The notes below the pieces were generated by a model. It saw only the letters and a list, made by a program, of their open reading frames with translations, searched no databases and was not told the origin of the DNA. A DNA stretch of 63,025 nucleotides, filler included, from Bipalium vagum (lineage: Eukaryota): NCBI GenBank assembly GCA_037834085.1. It is 3 parts of 3 records of this genome, joined end to end, with 100 filler letters (N's around TTAATTAATTAA, not from the genome) between each part and the next. Parts side by side here need not be neighbours in the genome. Positions count along the whole stretch, not along the records: positions 1 to 27,323 come from JBBMKC010092593.1; 2 more parts are not named here. One strand, given 5' to 3'. How positions within the stretch are numbered: the stretch's first letter is position 1; each line of letters begins with the position of its first letter. Shown here piece by piece: positions 1 to 15,100 of this stretch. A program made the position numbers and the translations under genes.

Positions 1-1001
1 TGTCTTACAATCTTGTATTCAAAATGACTAAGAAAATCATGTTTTTGAAAAATTCAATTTTTCTACTATTGAAAAATATTTTAAAAATTTTTTTGAGGAA
101 ACATGTACTTTAACATATTCTTCTATATATTTAAATATAAACTAAATTAAAGTAATTATAATTATATTTCCATCATTTTATGTAAATTACAGGGTTGGCT
201 CCAAACATATGGATGGCATTGTATATTGATTAAGTGTGCGACAAAAATAATTTTAATGAACTCAGAGTAGTCGGATCATTAAAAAAGGTTTGGAAAAGAG
301 AATATTTAAAAGGAAAAATATTTGGAACGTTCAGCGACGTTTCTTAACAATAATCTGAAAATCATACTTGAAGTTTGTCTAAAGAAAACATCATGAGATC
401 GAAAAATAATTTAATGTCAACAATTCAGGAATATCCTGGGATTTTTGAAAATGAAAAGTTGATGTTACACATTAATTACGGCTCAGACGTACTGTTAAGA
501 AATTGAAAGACTATTAAAACCAGAATTCGAATAAATTGAGTTTGAAGTTGAAAACTTGTCTTATTTTATCAACAGACAAATAGATGTTTATTTAAAAATA
601 TTTTAAAAAATAATTATTTTACATTATACCTTAATAAAATGTGTTGAGTTTTATTATAAAGTATTAGTTAATAAAATTAATAATTAAAAAATTATAATAT
701 ATTAAAATTTATTAATAGGAAAAATTATAAATAATATTAAAAATTTCTACATTGTGTTTAATTGAATTAGATATATTATCTGCCCGAGATAATAACTTGA
801 ATAAATATACCAATTTCAAAAAATTAGATTTATATTTATGACTAATTAAAAATTTTCTTTAGAAAAATTTTTTTAATCAATGAATAATAAAAAATTTCTA
901 AAATTATTATTGATAATTTCTTATTGAAAAACATCTTGGTAAATCTTCTATCGGTACTTTAATTTTAGAATTCTACTATTGTCGGTCGTAATTTTAAAAC
1001 T

Positions 1002-1326
1002 ATGATGGGTGAAAAAATATACTCTGGTCAATTTATGATTAGCAAATATGACGAAGAATCGGACAATGAAGATATCAAAGACTACAGCAAAGCCAAAGGC
1101 TATAACTTTGAATCAAGTTTATTTAAAAAGAACTTCACTTTTTCCAACGGCACACAAGAAATGCTAGAGATAGATGGCAGTTTGCAGAAAATGTTTCAGT
1201 TTTTGTCAATAGCATTGTCAGGAAAAATAACAAATCCCAAATGGAACTCTTTCAAGGGGGTCAAGTTTCAGACTAAAGATAAAATTAGATTGAATAACAT
1301 CATTTGGCGAGAGTATCACATGCAAT
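1002..1326 (+). CDS. MLXIP: Mondo exon 1 (MCR I-III)
   Basis: IYSGQFMIS; SGKITNPKWNSFKG; DKIRLNNIIWREYHMQ; donor GTAAGT at 1327. Confidence 0.93.
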
Positions 1327-4300
1327 GTAAGTCATCCTTTGTTATAATATATATCTATTATATTTTTCTCAACAATATTTAATTTTTTGATATGAAGGAA
1401 TCAATAAAAATGTTAATAGCGAACATATTTTATTATTGATTTCCCTTGTAAACTTTTTGTTGAACAGTTTAAATAGATCTCTGTTGCGTCTTCGTTTTGT
1501 GAATTGGCCATAAAAGATTAGATAAATGAATCCATAAACCAGTTTCTCAGAAAGCATCTCCGTTTTAGTTTTTTTGACAATAATCTTTGATTGTGATCAC
1601 TCAATCATAACTGGCCTTGAAAGTTGTTTTCGAATGTTCCGGTTTTAGTGAAATATTTATTCATTTATATTCGCTTATTCACGCGGTAGACTATTGTGCG
1701 TTAATATCAGCTTTCTCTGGTCAAATGACGATTGAATCATAACGTCCGTGGTAATTTTGGAGAATTGTTTACCAATTCACCAAAGGGGCTTGGTAGGCTC
1801 CTTTGGTTAACGGAATTTTGTAATATTAAAGGTGTGTTAGCTATGATAGGATTGTATTTCTTTATTGATAGTTTTAATACTTTATTACGTTATTATTATA
1901 CATTTTTAAGAAATTATTATTATATTATCATTTATTATAATATATTCGTTGAAATTCGATTTAACTTTGGTGGTTCATGGAACTAATCCTCTGCAACCCG
2001 TAAAGGCTCCTAGCATATTCACTAATGGTCTGACAGATTCTGCGGTGTTTTTTACCTTGGAAATTTGGATCGGATTATTGAGGTCGGTATTGTATAAAGT
2101 TGATGCTCTTTGTATGAGTAATAGGAAATCTCGTTGGTATTTGCTCCTGGACCTCACATCCTCTCAATGGACAGGTCTCGATATTCTGATTCGATACCTG
2201 TGTAATATTGACAAGTCTGTGCAACCGGTAACAGCTGCTGGTCGTAAGAAAATAAGACAGTTAAATCAAAATAAATCCAATATATTATTATTATATTATT
2301 ATTATTGACAGATATATTCTCCAAGTCATAATACGACATTTATATGAGCTTAATTAAAATATTCCTAGTCTGTTTTCACACCCACATCCATTTTGAATTC
2401 AGTTTTTAAAAATCTTTTTCTTTACACTTATATTTAAAGTTAGAAATGTTTTGATTCACTTTGCACAGATTTCCTCTAATTGTCTCCCCTCGGTTTTCTT
2501 TGAATTTATTTTCTCGAAATAAAAATATAATTTTCTTTACTGCCAATGTAATTGTATAATTTTCAGTTGTCAAAAAACTGAAACCAGTCGTTGTCCAGTT
2601 TGCTTCGCCTCTGACCGATATTACGCCGATGATCCTAGGAGTAAGTCCTCATTGATAATTTTTAATCGATATTTTCGCATCATTTTAAAACAATATAATT
2701 TCATCTTTCCACATTTCATTATGCGAACATTTGTCAATAAATAACTTATATTATCGATTGTGTGGTTAAGACTTTGGTCGTTCTTTTGTTCTAATATAAC
2801 GCTTGATCGATAAATTCGCTCATATTATCACAATCGTTTATAAATTTTTACTGGTTCTATCACTAATAGTTCACCGTGGACCTGTTTAAAAATAATGTTT
2901 ACGGCGACACCCTAATAATGCAAAACTTTTTGTTCACTATTTCAATTGTTTCATATCATTTGGGGTCATGTTTAATATATTTCAATTCACTCAAATTTTT
3001 GTATAATGACGTCATTGTTATGATAGGTTTTATAACTAATGACAAATCTATGAAATCAATCATCTAATGAACTTGGTGTAATTTTTCCAGTTATTACTCT
3101 TTTGTCCGCCTTTCTTAAGTTTACGATTTATTATTAGTAGTAAGAGTAGCAGTATTTATTGTTTAAGATTATTTATCATCAAAGGAAAAGATTTTGGCAT
3201 AACGAAGAAATTGAAAATTTTTAAGAATCTCATTACTCTTGAGCTGGTGATAACAAAGCTACATCATCTAGAAAGAGAGCGCTCGAGAATTTCTTTATCT
3301 GCATTTTTATAAAATATTTTGAACTGTAACATAGGAAATAAGAATATTTTAAATAAACAATAAACAACACACGTTCACTTTCACAAATCAATGATCAGTT
3401 TGGTATCTTCAGTCAGCAAGGTCAACTAATGATTCACAAACTGAAATATTTCTTTTGTTTAAATTGTCGATATTTTAAGACGATATTCTCTTGCAAAGCA
3501 AAAAATCCACCTGACACAAAATACAACGTGGAATTTTTTCAAGCCACTGTTTTAGAAAAGTCACTATTTTGATCTTCTAAATTTTTAAAACAGTTGTAAT
3601 ATTCGTTATCTTCAGACAATGAAATAAATCTTGTATCACTTTTTCTTAGTTTTATGCTTTAAACTAAAGCTTTGAAATTTCACAGGTACAGTATGAACTT
3701 TCAGTTACAACATCATTCGAGTTTCGATGTTTGACTATCTTAACAGTGACCCATTATTGTTATCTTTTATTATGTATTTGTGTATTTAAATGTATTATTT
3801 TTTATCAAATGAAAATCAATAAATCTTCAATAGTAATCGATATAATAAAATTTCTATAAACTTTTGTTTAAAATAATTAAAAATTATTTAATAATATAAA
3901 TTCTCTCTTGGTGAAGATTAAGAATAATTTTTAATATATCCTCAAATTATTATTAAAGGATTCCTAAATAACTTCATCAATCATGCTACGATAGTTCATC
4001 GAAATGCGGCCTGGATAATGGCTCAGGATCATATTTACTTTGATGATATCAGTTATATTTTTCCCATTTTTTAAAGGAATGTTCACTGAGAATTATTCAC
4101 AAATTTACTTTGACTTTCCTTTCTTAAGCATTTTTGAATTTCACTATGGTCACGTGACGAAATTTTTAATGAAAGAAAAAATCAATAATTAAACATCATA
4201 TATAAAATGTTTAAATTTCAATATTATTGTGTAAACATTCGACATTTTCAAAAGCCAAAATAAATATGGTTCTTTATATCACGTATTGTTTAATCGATTT

Positions 4301-6099
4301 TCGATAGAACGTCAAATCATCGTTTGTCAACCGTTGAAGTCATTCATTTGTTATTTAGCAATAGTTCTCTGGGAAAAAATCTGGAAAATGTTTCATTGAT
4401 TTATTACTAAGATTATCATTATTTTTATTATCAATGAGAGATTTGGTTCTACGATATTCATTTTTACACCATCTTTTCCCTTTGTGATGCTTGCTTCAAT
4501 TTGAAATAATGAGCTACCATCATTCAGATATTATATCTATAATTATTGAATGTCGTAAAGATATATTTCAATAAATCAATTCTTGTTCTATGATCATAGA
4601 GTGCGTTATCTTCACAAATGGTCTATTTTAAATGTTAATCTTTTCCAGAGAGCTCTTGCAGTCAATTTTAGGACTGATCTCATTGTTATTCTGAATTCAG
4701 ATTGTTTTGGCCATTGTAAAAATTTGATCAGAAATGTCCGAAAAAGTTTCCTAGACCAATTTTTTATATTAAACATAATAAAATTAAATCATTTAACCAT
4801 ATGGCCTATAAATATTTTAGAGTGAAATTAAAGGTTTTATAAAAATAATCGATATTTCACAATTAAAATTATTGATTTCCAATTAGGTTTCAATTCCATT
4901 GTTTGTTGATCCATTTTGTTCATTTGTTGTTAAATGTCAAATTGGTTTCAATGGAATAAATTTTACCTTGGTATGAGAAACAATATTAGAAATATTAGTA
5001 TAATTGAACTTTTCATCAAACTGTCCTTCCCTCTTAAGGTCGAAAAGATTTTTCTAAACTATTTAGTACATTTTCGAATTACTTTCATCTGGGTAATTGG
5101 GACAATGGTAACAGATCATTTGTGATCCATAATATTTCAATTAATTAATGATACTTTTGTGTCGGATTTTCTTGATTGAAAATTTAATGCTTTTTGATTA
5201 GTAAAAGTATCTTTCTTTTAATTTCATACGCAGACAGTTGTTCTGGAAGGTAAATACTGGAAACGAAAAAATGACATAATTATTGACCAATACAAAAAGT
5301 GGCGAGAGTTTTCGAAACAGAGATCGTTAACGATCTCGACCAGTCACGATGTTACAGCTGGTCTTTTCAAGTCTATAAACGTGCAAAGAAATAGGCATTA
5401 TAAGTTCGCTCGGACCAGTTCTCCACCTAAATTGAATGACATTTTTATGGATTTGGACGATTTGGATATACCTTACTGTGATATGTCTGAAGTAGAGCAC
5501 ACTGCGGAAATTATGCAACCGCAATTGACAAATTTACAGCCACGCATGGACAGCTCAGTGGATTTCCTTAATGATTTTTTCTGCTCACCTCAAAAATCTT
5601 TCAAAAGTCAAAAATCTTTCTCTTCAGAAACATGCCTCAAGTCTTTCGATTATTCCCAGAAAATCAATCCTAATTACAGTTCATATGAAAACAATGTATC
5701 ATCAAATTATTTCCAAGCACCAGTCACGTCAATGTCTCAAACTGTTCCATTGTCATTGTTCAATATCTCTTCTATTGTATCTTCTGAGTCGGGTCTCAGC
5801 CAATTCAATTCACAACGAGCCTTTCACACAGATGCCAAACCAAGGTCCAACGAGGGTGGGTTTTGTAAAACACCTAACCTCTTGTCGATCCTATTGCAGC
5901 CAGTGTGTTGTCAGCCATCACAAAACAAGGTAGTCATTAGCATTATATTGATTTCTTGAATGTAAATTTCGTTTTAAAAACTTGCATTTTTGATAATCTC
6001 ATAAAACAGTGCATCAGTTAACATTATTATTTTAAATAATAATGTCACCAGAGTAAATTGTTTTACAACTTTGAAGTATAATTTTAAGAAAATGGATCG

Positions 6100-6162
<63 letters not shown>

Positions 6163-9100
6163 TAGTAAATATTTATCATTACAGATTTTTTCATATTTAT
6201 TTGAAACGATTATTTGTTTAGTTTTGGAAATATTATTTTTAGTTTGTCTAGTATGAAATGTAGTATTCTTTAGTAAATGAAATAAGTCGTAAAGAGCCTA
6301 GTAAACAACATATTAATAAAAAAAAATTCAATTACTGTTCAAATAGTCTTGCCAACGAGATAATAGCTTATTGATTCCAATTCGATAAAACTCCAGACTT
6401 CTGGATTTTAAAAAAGATACTTTGACCGCGGTACGTTTTACTGACAAGAAAAGCATTTATGCGCTTCTGAATACCGAGTCATTCAAAATTAACCTACCAT
6501 TTTTATTTTTTATTTAAATAAATCGAATTTTTTTAAAAAACGATATTTGTATATAAAGTAATAATGCGCATTTTTAAATAAATAAAAATTTTGTCCATAG
6601 AAGATCGCGTATTTGTTGTAAAGAAAGGTGAATCTATTGAACAAAGTATTCAAGAATTTGAAACAGCACGAAATTATCAACGCGACAGCACTTGTGTGAT
6701 CGTCATACTGTGCGTGAGCTGATTTTAAAATTTCAGACATATGTGACATTTCATGATCTACCGAAAACAAAATTCAGAAATGAGAGAAATCACAAAGTTA
6801 GTAGCAGAACAGACTTTGTCTTTAATGTCTACAGCTATCATTGGTAAAATTTTTGGCAAGCTGTTTGGAAAGTTTTTATACATGAATTAAAACATCAACC
6901 TTATAAATGACAAATTGGTCAATTATTATCTGAAACTAGCCAGATGAGCCGTCTATCATATTGTCAAAAATTCTTTTTCAAATTTGAGAAATCCTTAATA
7001 CGTTTCTGAACAATGTCTGATGGAGCGATAAATCAAATTTTCTTACTTACTCCGTATCGAAAAGGAAAAATAGTCCCTGTTGGACTGAAGGAAAATATAA
7101 TATTACACTAATTGGGACGCCTCTGTTTTCCCACCAATAACGGTATTTGCGCATTCAATAATCACTATGTTATTGAACCATTTTTCTTTACGGAAAACAA
7201 AATCCTGTCAGTATATGGTGACAGATATCGACCAATGATTGGTGATCACCTCATTTAACAGTTAAAGCAAAAGCGATCTTACAACAAGATTGAGCTCCTC
7301 CCCATTGCTATTGTCACAAAAATATGGGGTTTACCCCCAAGTTCGGTACTGAATCATTAGTAAAGTATTCCCAATGGTATGGCCTGTCTGCAGTTCTGAC
7401 CTCACACCACGTGATTTCTAGTTGTGGAATGGTGTGAATGAAGACATATATGCTGATCCTTTACCTAATACTGTTTGAAAAAAAACAAAATCAAAGAGGC
7501 ATTTGAAAATATTCAAACTGAAAATCTATCTTCTATGATTTTGAGTGTTATAAAGAGTGACTGTTTTTGTTGATGTCAGCGGAGCATATCTTGATTTATT
7601 GTCAAATCATAATCCGAAACCTTGTTAATATCAATAGATATACTTCTGACGTCTTGTGTTATTTTTTTAGTTACAAATAGAAAAATAAGATTGTATCTTA
7701 ATTTTGAATGGCTTGGTAGAATAATCTTTTGTTAAAAAAATCGGGAATAATATGTATGAGACATAACTTCTACTGTAATTTTTTGCAATTTCTCTGCAAT
7801 CATTTGAGAAATATATTTTCTTTAATTATAGTGAAGCAAAATTGACCCCTTTCTAATTATCAGCCCTGGCTGCTTGTCAAACAATTTCCTGGTGGTATGA
7901 CTGTATAATAATAGTTTCACTAACTTTTCATAGATTATAATAGATTAAAGCAACAAACAGTTATCATTGTCTTCTTGGATAAAAGCTTTGTTTATGTATC
8001 TGTCTGGGTTGTTCATCTGTATCTAGCCATTGTGTTGATGGTTAACGATAATCGTAAGCAATCTACTGTGCATCGCATTTCACAAGAAGGAATCAATTTA
8101 ATTTCGAATAAATCATGATGAACAAATTAATAATCTTACTTTTTGTTGGTTTGTATTCAAATCATGGGGAATCTATAAGTCGTACTTCTTGACCTTCAAG
8201 AGAAATAGTGGATTTTGACACATTGAGATCCTGTACAAGTTCTCTCAATGTTGGGTGAGTGTTTCCTTCAATATCTGCTTTCAGTCTCTTTACTTAACAA
8301 ATCAGTCTTCCACGGTCTTCATTTAACAATCTCATTTCATCATTGCGAAATTTATTGAACTACTGTCATTTGGTTCCTGCATTAGTAGTACCGCATTCCC
8401 ATTCAGAATAGATGTTTTCAACTGGCTTTGATGCATTGTTCTTGAGCTTAAACAAGTACCATATGCCACGTCGAATTTGTTATTCTATCATATTTAGAAT
8501 GGATTTAAAATAAAATTCTTTAATATAAATTTTTTCCCGTTCAATGTTAATAAACTTTGAACTTCCTGATTTCTTTTTTTATATTTAAACAAAGTGTGTA
8601 ATTATTACTTATTGAATAATTTTATTTTGAAATTTCACACTGGACAATCTAATAATTTTGTCAATTTCCATTATTGATCGAAAAAAATAGTTGCATTTAA
8701 ACAAAATATTGACATAAACATTAAAAATTGTTAATCTTTTATTTTCAATATTAATAATTTTCTTCACGTTTGTGGGAATTGTTTTAAATATTGAGGCCTC
8801 GAACGAAAATCGTTCAGATTCATGTTTATCAGAAATATTTTTGTTTAATCCATCCCAATAAATTATGGTAATATTTTTAGTCTGCAGACCTGGCTAGGTC
8901 AAAGTCTAGGGAGGTGTTTACATATGTATCGGTGTAAATAGCATAGGTATTGTGATGGCCTTGATAGTATGAAAAATATATTTTCTCTGTGCTTGAAAAT
9001 GTCAGTTTAATGTGAAAAAACTGTGACCAGGGAATTGTTTTTCTGTGAATATTTTCAATGAAATTTAAGACATCTAACGGAAAAGCACCGAAAAATGTTT

Positions 9101-12100
9101 TCTTAATATTTCATCTCCATCAGTGCTTTTCTATTTTTACCTTGATTTCATATTTGGCTTCAATATGATTATGAAAGAATTGACTTTTTCAGCTATAAAA
9201 AATATATTTTGTTGATAAATTAGAGTTCTCTAAAGTGTATTATCACTGCATATAGAAAGTTAAGTGGTTGTCAATGTGTTATAATCTATATTTAATGCTA
9301 AATGTCGCGTGCAAAAGCCAAGGCCCACAAATCAATAATCAAAAGATCAATTCACGCATACCAATGCACAATATAGGTTAAATTTGGAGAGCAACAAATG
9401 ATTTCATGGTTGTCAGTAGTATGCAGTGCTGTCTGTTTGTCAACAGGCATGTGGCTAGACCTGAATATATACAGTTTTTATTAATATTATGAAATACTGT
9501 TCCACACCAGTGTTATTATTATTTACTATATAAGGTGACCTTAATGGATGTTCAAGGCCTGTGTTATTTGTGGGTGCGTTAGGACAGTATGTACTTCTAC
9601 GTGTTCATTTTCACTTGTTGAAAATTTAGTTTTTCGGATACAACTCTCAGTCTTGGGAATGATTTCGAATTAAAATTCCCAATTATTAAAAATCTATTTC
9701 CTTTAAACTTTGAACTTGTTTCCCTGGTTGGAAGATAGAATATTGGTTTTTTTCTGAACATATTTTGCAGGGTTTAGATTACAGATCAAATGGTATTAAT
9801 TTTTAGATACTCCTTCAACGAAAATTCTTATTCAAAAAATGAAAACCATAATTATTTTATTAATATTTTGGAGACGGAGACTAGAAGTATTTTGTCTGGA
9901 AAATTCTTGAAAACAAATCAGTTTGTAATTGCATAAAGTGAAGAAAATATTCTTGAAAAATATCTATTAAAAATGGGACATTTACCAATTGTAGAAAAAA
10001 GAAGCAGAACATCTTGATTTTTCGAATCAAATCGAATCGTATAAAATTTATTTTCTATGAAAATTATAATATTACAATATTTTGAATTAGTAAAAAATTG
10101 ATATTTTTTAGAAATATTTGGATCTTCATTTTTCATAATTAAAATATTTTTTTAACTTTAATTTTACCATTTTAAAATTCACAATTACTTTAAATCACAT
10201 TATTATTGATTTTTCATTATAATTTTATAATGATATAATTAATTATGAGTATGTTTTAATTGATTTTTAGAATTTTAATAAAATTACATTTTAGTTGGAT
10301 ATAATGCCTTCAAAATATTCTAGACATAATCAATTTAATAAATATTCTTAAAGTTGACTGAGTAATAATAATAGTAATAATAATAATAATAATTACGATT
10401 AAACTTTTTAAATTTAAGTTTTTTATTTAAATATAATTGATCATAATATTTTTTTGTTTCTCTTGTATTCTGGTATCGGAATAAATTTTATAATTTTATT
10501 TAATAATTATTTGTTTTGATGTATAAATGTGTTCTTTTTTAATGTAAGAAGATATTAATCAGACATTTTAATTAAAAATTCTTAACTTATTTTTTATTAA
10601 TATATATTTTTATTAAGATAAAATTAAATCATTACATTTGTTTTTCCATTGTTTTTATTTAGGTTTCAAAAATAAATAATTATCAGAGTTTTCTACACAT
10701 TTTTAGTTTTTCTTTACATTTTTGTATCTTTTATTAATATATTGCAAAATCATTAAATTTCAGAAGAATTAGATGACCTTGTGCTGCTTTATCTGATTAA
10801 TTTTATTTATTTATAGATTAAAATATTATCCGCGTCTAAATTATTTAATGATGATGATATCAGTGAAAACAAATATATAAAGTGCAATGAAGAATCATTT
10901 TAGAACAAACGTTTTCATTTTAATATATTGACATTGACTTTGAATTTATGTAAATGGATTTCTTTAGAATCCAAGATCTTTTTTTCTTGAATATTAAGAT
11001 TATTCAGAAACATTACTCGACTTTAGGTTGTATTAATTGTGTTATTCTCTTTATTTTTACCTTTCTCTTTTCATTGAAATTTTTATTTTTTTAATAATAT
11101 TATGATTAATTAATTGTTTCAAAATTTAATTTTCTGATGATTAATGAATAAACTTATGTTGTAATCATTGCCATCTGTGTCGTTTTCTCTTGGTTCAATG
11201 ATGAGAGATAACGTCAAAAACAGTCAAATTGAAATGTTTACTTTCAGCCAATATCATCTACGACTGTTGGCCAGTCACATAATACATCTCTGATTGCAAC
11301 AGTGCCGGGTTATTGTGGATCTCAAATTCATTCGCAAACCGCAATAGTCAGTTCCAATAGTCTGCAACAGATCAGCAGCTCCTCTAATGTCGGCAATGTG
11401 TGTCAGAATCCATCTATCAGTAAGCCCAAATTACTACATATGTATAGTCGAAAGATATATTGTGGGGTAAATTACTAAAAAAATATATTTAATATTAAAT
11501 ATCTAGAAACAGTTTTCCAGCATTGATAAGGTGCTGTGTAAATTATCTTTACATTATTCAAAATAGGGCTCGCAAAAAACTGACATTTTTAAAACAGATT
11601 TTATTCTACTGTCATTTATCTAATGTTCTCAGGCCTTAACACACTATTATACTTCTGCTTTCAAAAGATTCTCGGTAATAGAATTTCAGAAAATTCATTT
11701 ATCGATTGATTTATTAAGTTTTCATTCACATAAATCCATTAGGCTTATTACTTAAAGAGATCCTTTTTTAAGTAATCACATAAAAATCGACCACCATTTT
11801 TCGAATCTGAATGTTTGTTTGAATAACAACCGATTGGAATAAATCTTTATGAGCCGAAAGATTTTTCGTGTCCCATAACTCTGGAAATGATACAGAAATG
11901 TTTCTGTGATCAATTTCCGAAGCACGGTTTTATCAGAAGGTGAAGAATTCATGGAAGATGACCAACGTTACGCCATTAACTAACGATAGACACATTAGGA
12001 AAATTAAAAATATGGTTCATCAGAGAGATATTTAAACAAAGTTGATTATCAATTAAGACGTGCCAATTGATTTGAAAGATAAATTTAAATGAGACGCATT

Positions 12101-15100
12101 ACATCTCGACTTTTTTCGAGGCAATTACATTTTTGCATGAACAGCATTGTCTTATCTCTCAAAAAATGCTTTCTGTGGACCATTATTTGTTGGAAAACAT
12201 TATTATCGGTGATGAGACATAGGTATATCAGTACTATACAGAAGCAAGTCGACAGGGAAGTAAATGGCGTGCGAAAATCAAACAGAAACAAAAAAGACCT
12301 CGTCAAAGTTATTCCAAAATCAAAATCATGTTTGCCTTTTTGTGATTTTCGTGTTTTTGGCCCACTTCGAATTTCTTACAAACAGTAATTAAGAAATATT
12401 ATATGCAAGTCATTAAACAATTCGTGGATTGTTTACCACGATAATGCACAATTTCATACTGCTCTTATTATTCTTGACGTTTTTGGGATACATCAAACCA
12501 AAACCATTCCCAAAGCACCATTATCACCTTATATGAATCCGTGTGACTTCTGCCTTTTCCTTCTGCTGAAGTCATCATTTCGCTTTTAATAGAGTAAATT
12601 ATTTTTATAAGATTCCGTTAAGTTTTCCGTCCAGTTCTCAAAAATGTACTCAAAACATATTTAATGGCTGCATTTATTATCAGTGTCTTGTTGGTCGGAT
12701 TCTCATCAATCGTTTCGATTTCTAGATTTGAATGAATGAACAATGTTCTATCATTAATAAATATTATTAAACAGTGTAAATTTGTTTGTACCTAATGTAA
12801 ACATTCATTATTCGTAAATTTTTCAATCAATCTTTTGATAAATTTCACAACAGATTAATTTAAAACGTAAAATTGTCAATCAACTCATGGTAGAATGGTT
12901 TACATAGTTTTTTAGCAGATTAGAAAATTGGAGGGTATTTCGAGTTCTTTTGATTGAAGGTTGGTTGAGATTTTCCTACATCTGATGCCTAAACCATTTT
13001 TGATGGAAATACATACATTTTCTATGGTTGATTGACTGTGATAGTTTCATAACTTCAACAATTTTTTCTCAATTTCTTGTTTTATATGATCCCATGTTTG
13101 TTCATAGATCAATATTTAAACCATTTCTGTTACATAATATTTAAAACGACAATTATATATAATTCAGTCCATTTTAACAGAAATATAAAGTTATCCAAAA
13201 ATTCCAAACGAAATTTTGTACACTGAAATTTTAAATAGCAATATAAACCTCTAAATGTTAAAATTCTAGAAATGCACCCAAATTTCTTATCACAGAAACT
13301 ACAGAACACATTTTAAGTGAATTGTGACATTAAAGAGGAATTTACCTTTTAGTGATTTTTCAGTTAGGAGACACAAATATTAGGTAGTGTAATCTGAAAT
13401 ATTTGATTAGATGATAAATAGAAAAAATCAATGAAATATGTATAAGAACCTTTTTAATCTAACCAACCGCTATCAAACATCTTTCAATTTTCTTGGAACT
13501 AATAATGAAGGAAAATCTCGAACGATTTGACTTGAATTTAATTCCATGTGAATCATTAAATCAGCATTTTCAATGACCTTCCTGATCATGTCACGGTCTA
13601 AGTTTGATCGGCTTTTGTTACCTTCCGCATATTTCACATACCAACGCTTAATTGTGTATTCATTACCTGTACTATTGCCGAATACCTGATTAATTGTTTT
13701 AACAGCCTCCAAAGTTGTGTCTTAATTTTCATTCGTAGAAGTAAATTGTTTGTCAGTTTTCAACCCATTCTTGATATACTCTAAGAATTTAGTGGATTAT
13801 TTAAACAAATACAAAAATATTATATTTTGATTTGAGGATTTCAAATTGCAATCTCTTGTGTATGAAACCTTAACAAAAAGATTGCAAAAGAGTTTTATTA
13901 AAAATGGATTACTAAAATATTAACCCGTTGGCAAGAAAGTTTGAACAGTATATTTTAAATAAAATTTATTTAGAGGCTTTTGATGACTTATTTTACTTAA
14001 TATTGAAAATCAGTAAATTTATAATAGACAACTTAATATAATCATTATTTGTAATATAAAAATTGATCATTAATTAAAATTAATCACCGTGTAGCCCGCG
14101 AATTTTTAGAAACTGTAACAATTACCTATGTATAACCAACATTTTTATATGCCTCGCAGTTTCATGTATAACCTATATTACATAAATGACCCGTGTATAA
14201 AGTAAATTAAAGATGAAGTTATTTTATATACTTTATATTATTTAAATTTCCATATCTAAAAACAATAGAAATCAAGAAAACTAGGTGTACGAGAAAATCG
14301 TATTCAGCTTCAACAAATGTGGAAGCGGTTTAATATACCAAAACAACTCGAATCGAAAAGCCCCTGGATTGGTCTTTACTTGCAATAAGAGGAGATAATG
14401 AAAAGATGGTTAGGAATGAGAATAAGTGCATTTTTACTAAGAAATCATTATTAGTTTTAGATTCAATGTCTACTTATCGTCGTGAATCTAACATAGTCAT
14501 TAAATTGTATAGGTAATACTCATATTGTCATCATACCGGGTGAATTGACCTCAAGACTGATGTTGACCCCTGAATATTGTTGTTAATCATTCACTTAAAT
14601 CATTTGTTAATAAAAAATGGAATGAATGAATGAAAGTGGTGAGCATACGTTCAGTAAATCATGAAAGCAAAGAAAGGTATCATATGCAAAAATATGCAAA
14701 GAACTCAATAGTATTGTCATTGAATTTGTCAAAGCTAAAATAATTTCCAAAGACAATTATGAAAATTTAGGAAACATCAAAGAAAGCAATAAAATAAATG
14801 AACATGACCTGATCATGGTGAAATATTTCCTTTTGTTAGCTGAGGAATCTGGTTTTGAGGGTTTTTCATCTACAGATTAATAAATATTTCAAAGAATATA
14901 TTTTGTGTTTCGATTTTTTTGTAAAATAAAATTACTGAATTTTAAAAATATGAAAAGGAAATTTATAACTCGAGGGTCATACACGCGAAAATACGGTATT
15001 TTAAACTTAATGAAAATCAATTTTAGTGAATTAGAAATTTTAATTATTGGTATAATTATTAATTATCATTTTATTATATTAATAATCTAAATTAAAGTAT

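Noticed and set aside
1400-2230. GC-richer ORFs in Mondo intron 1, as a nested gene or Penelope-like RT
   Set aside because: Only a faint RPLVN motif; no supportable family assignment
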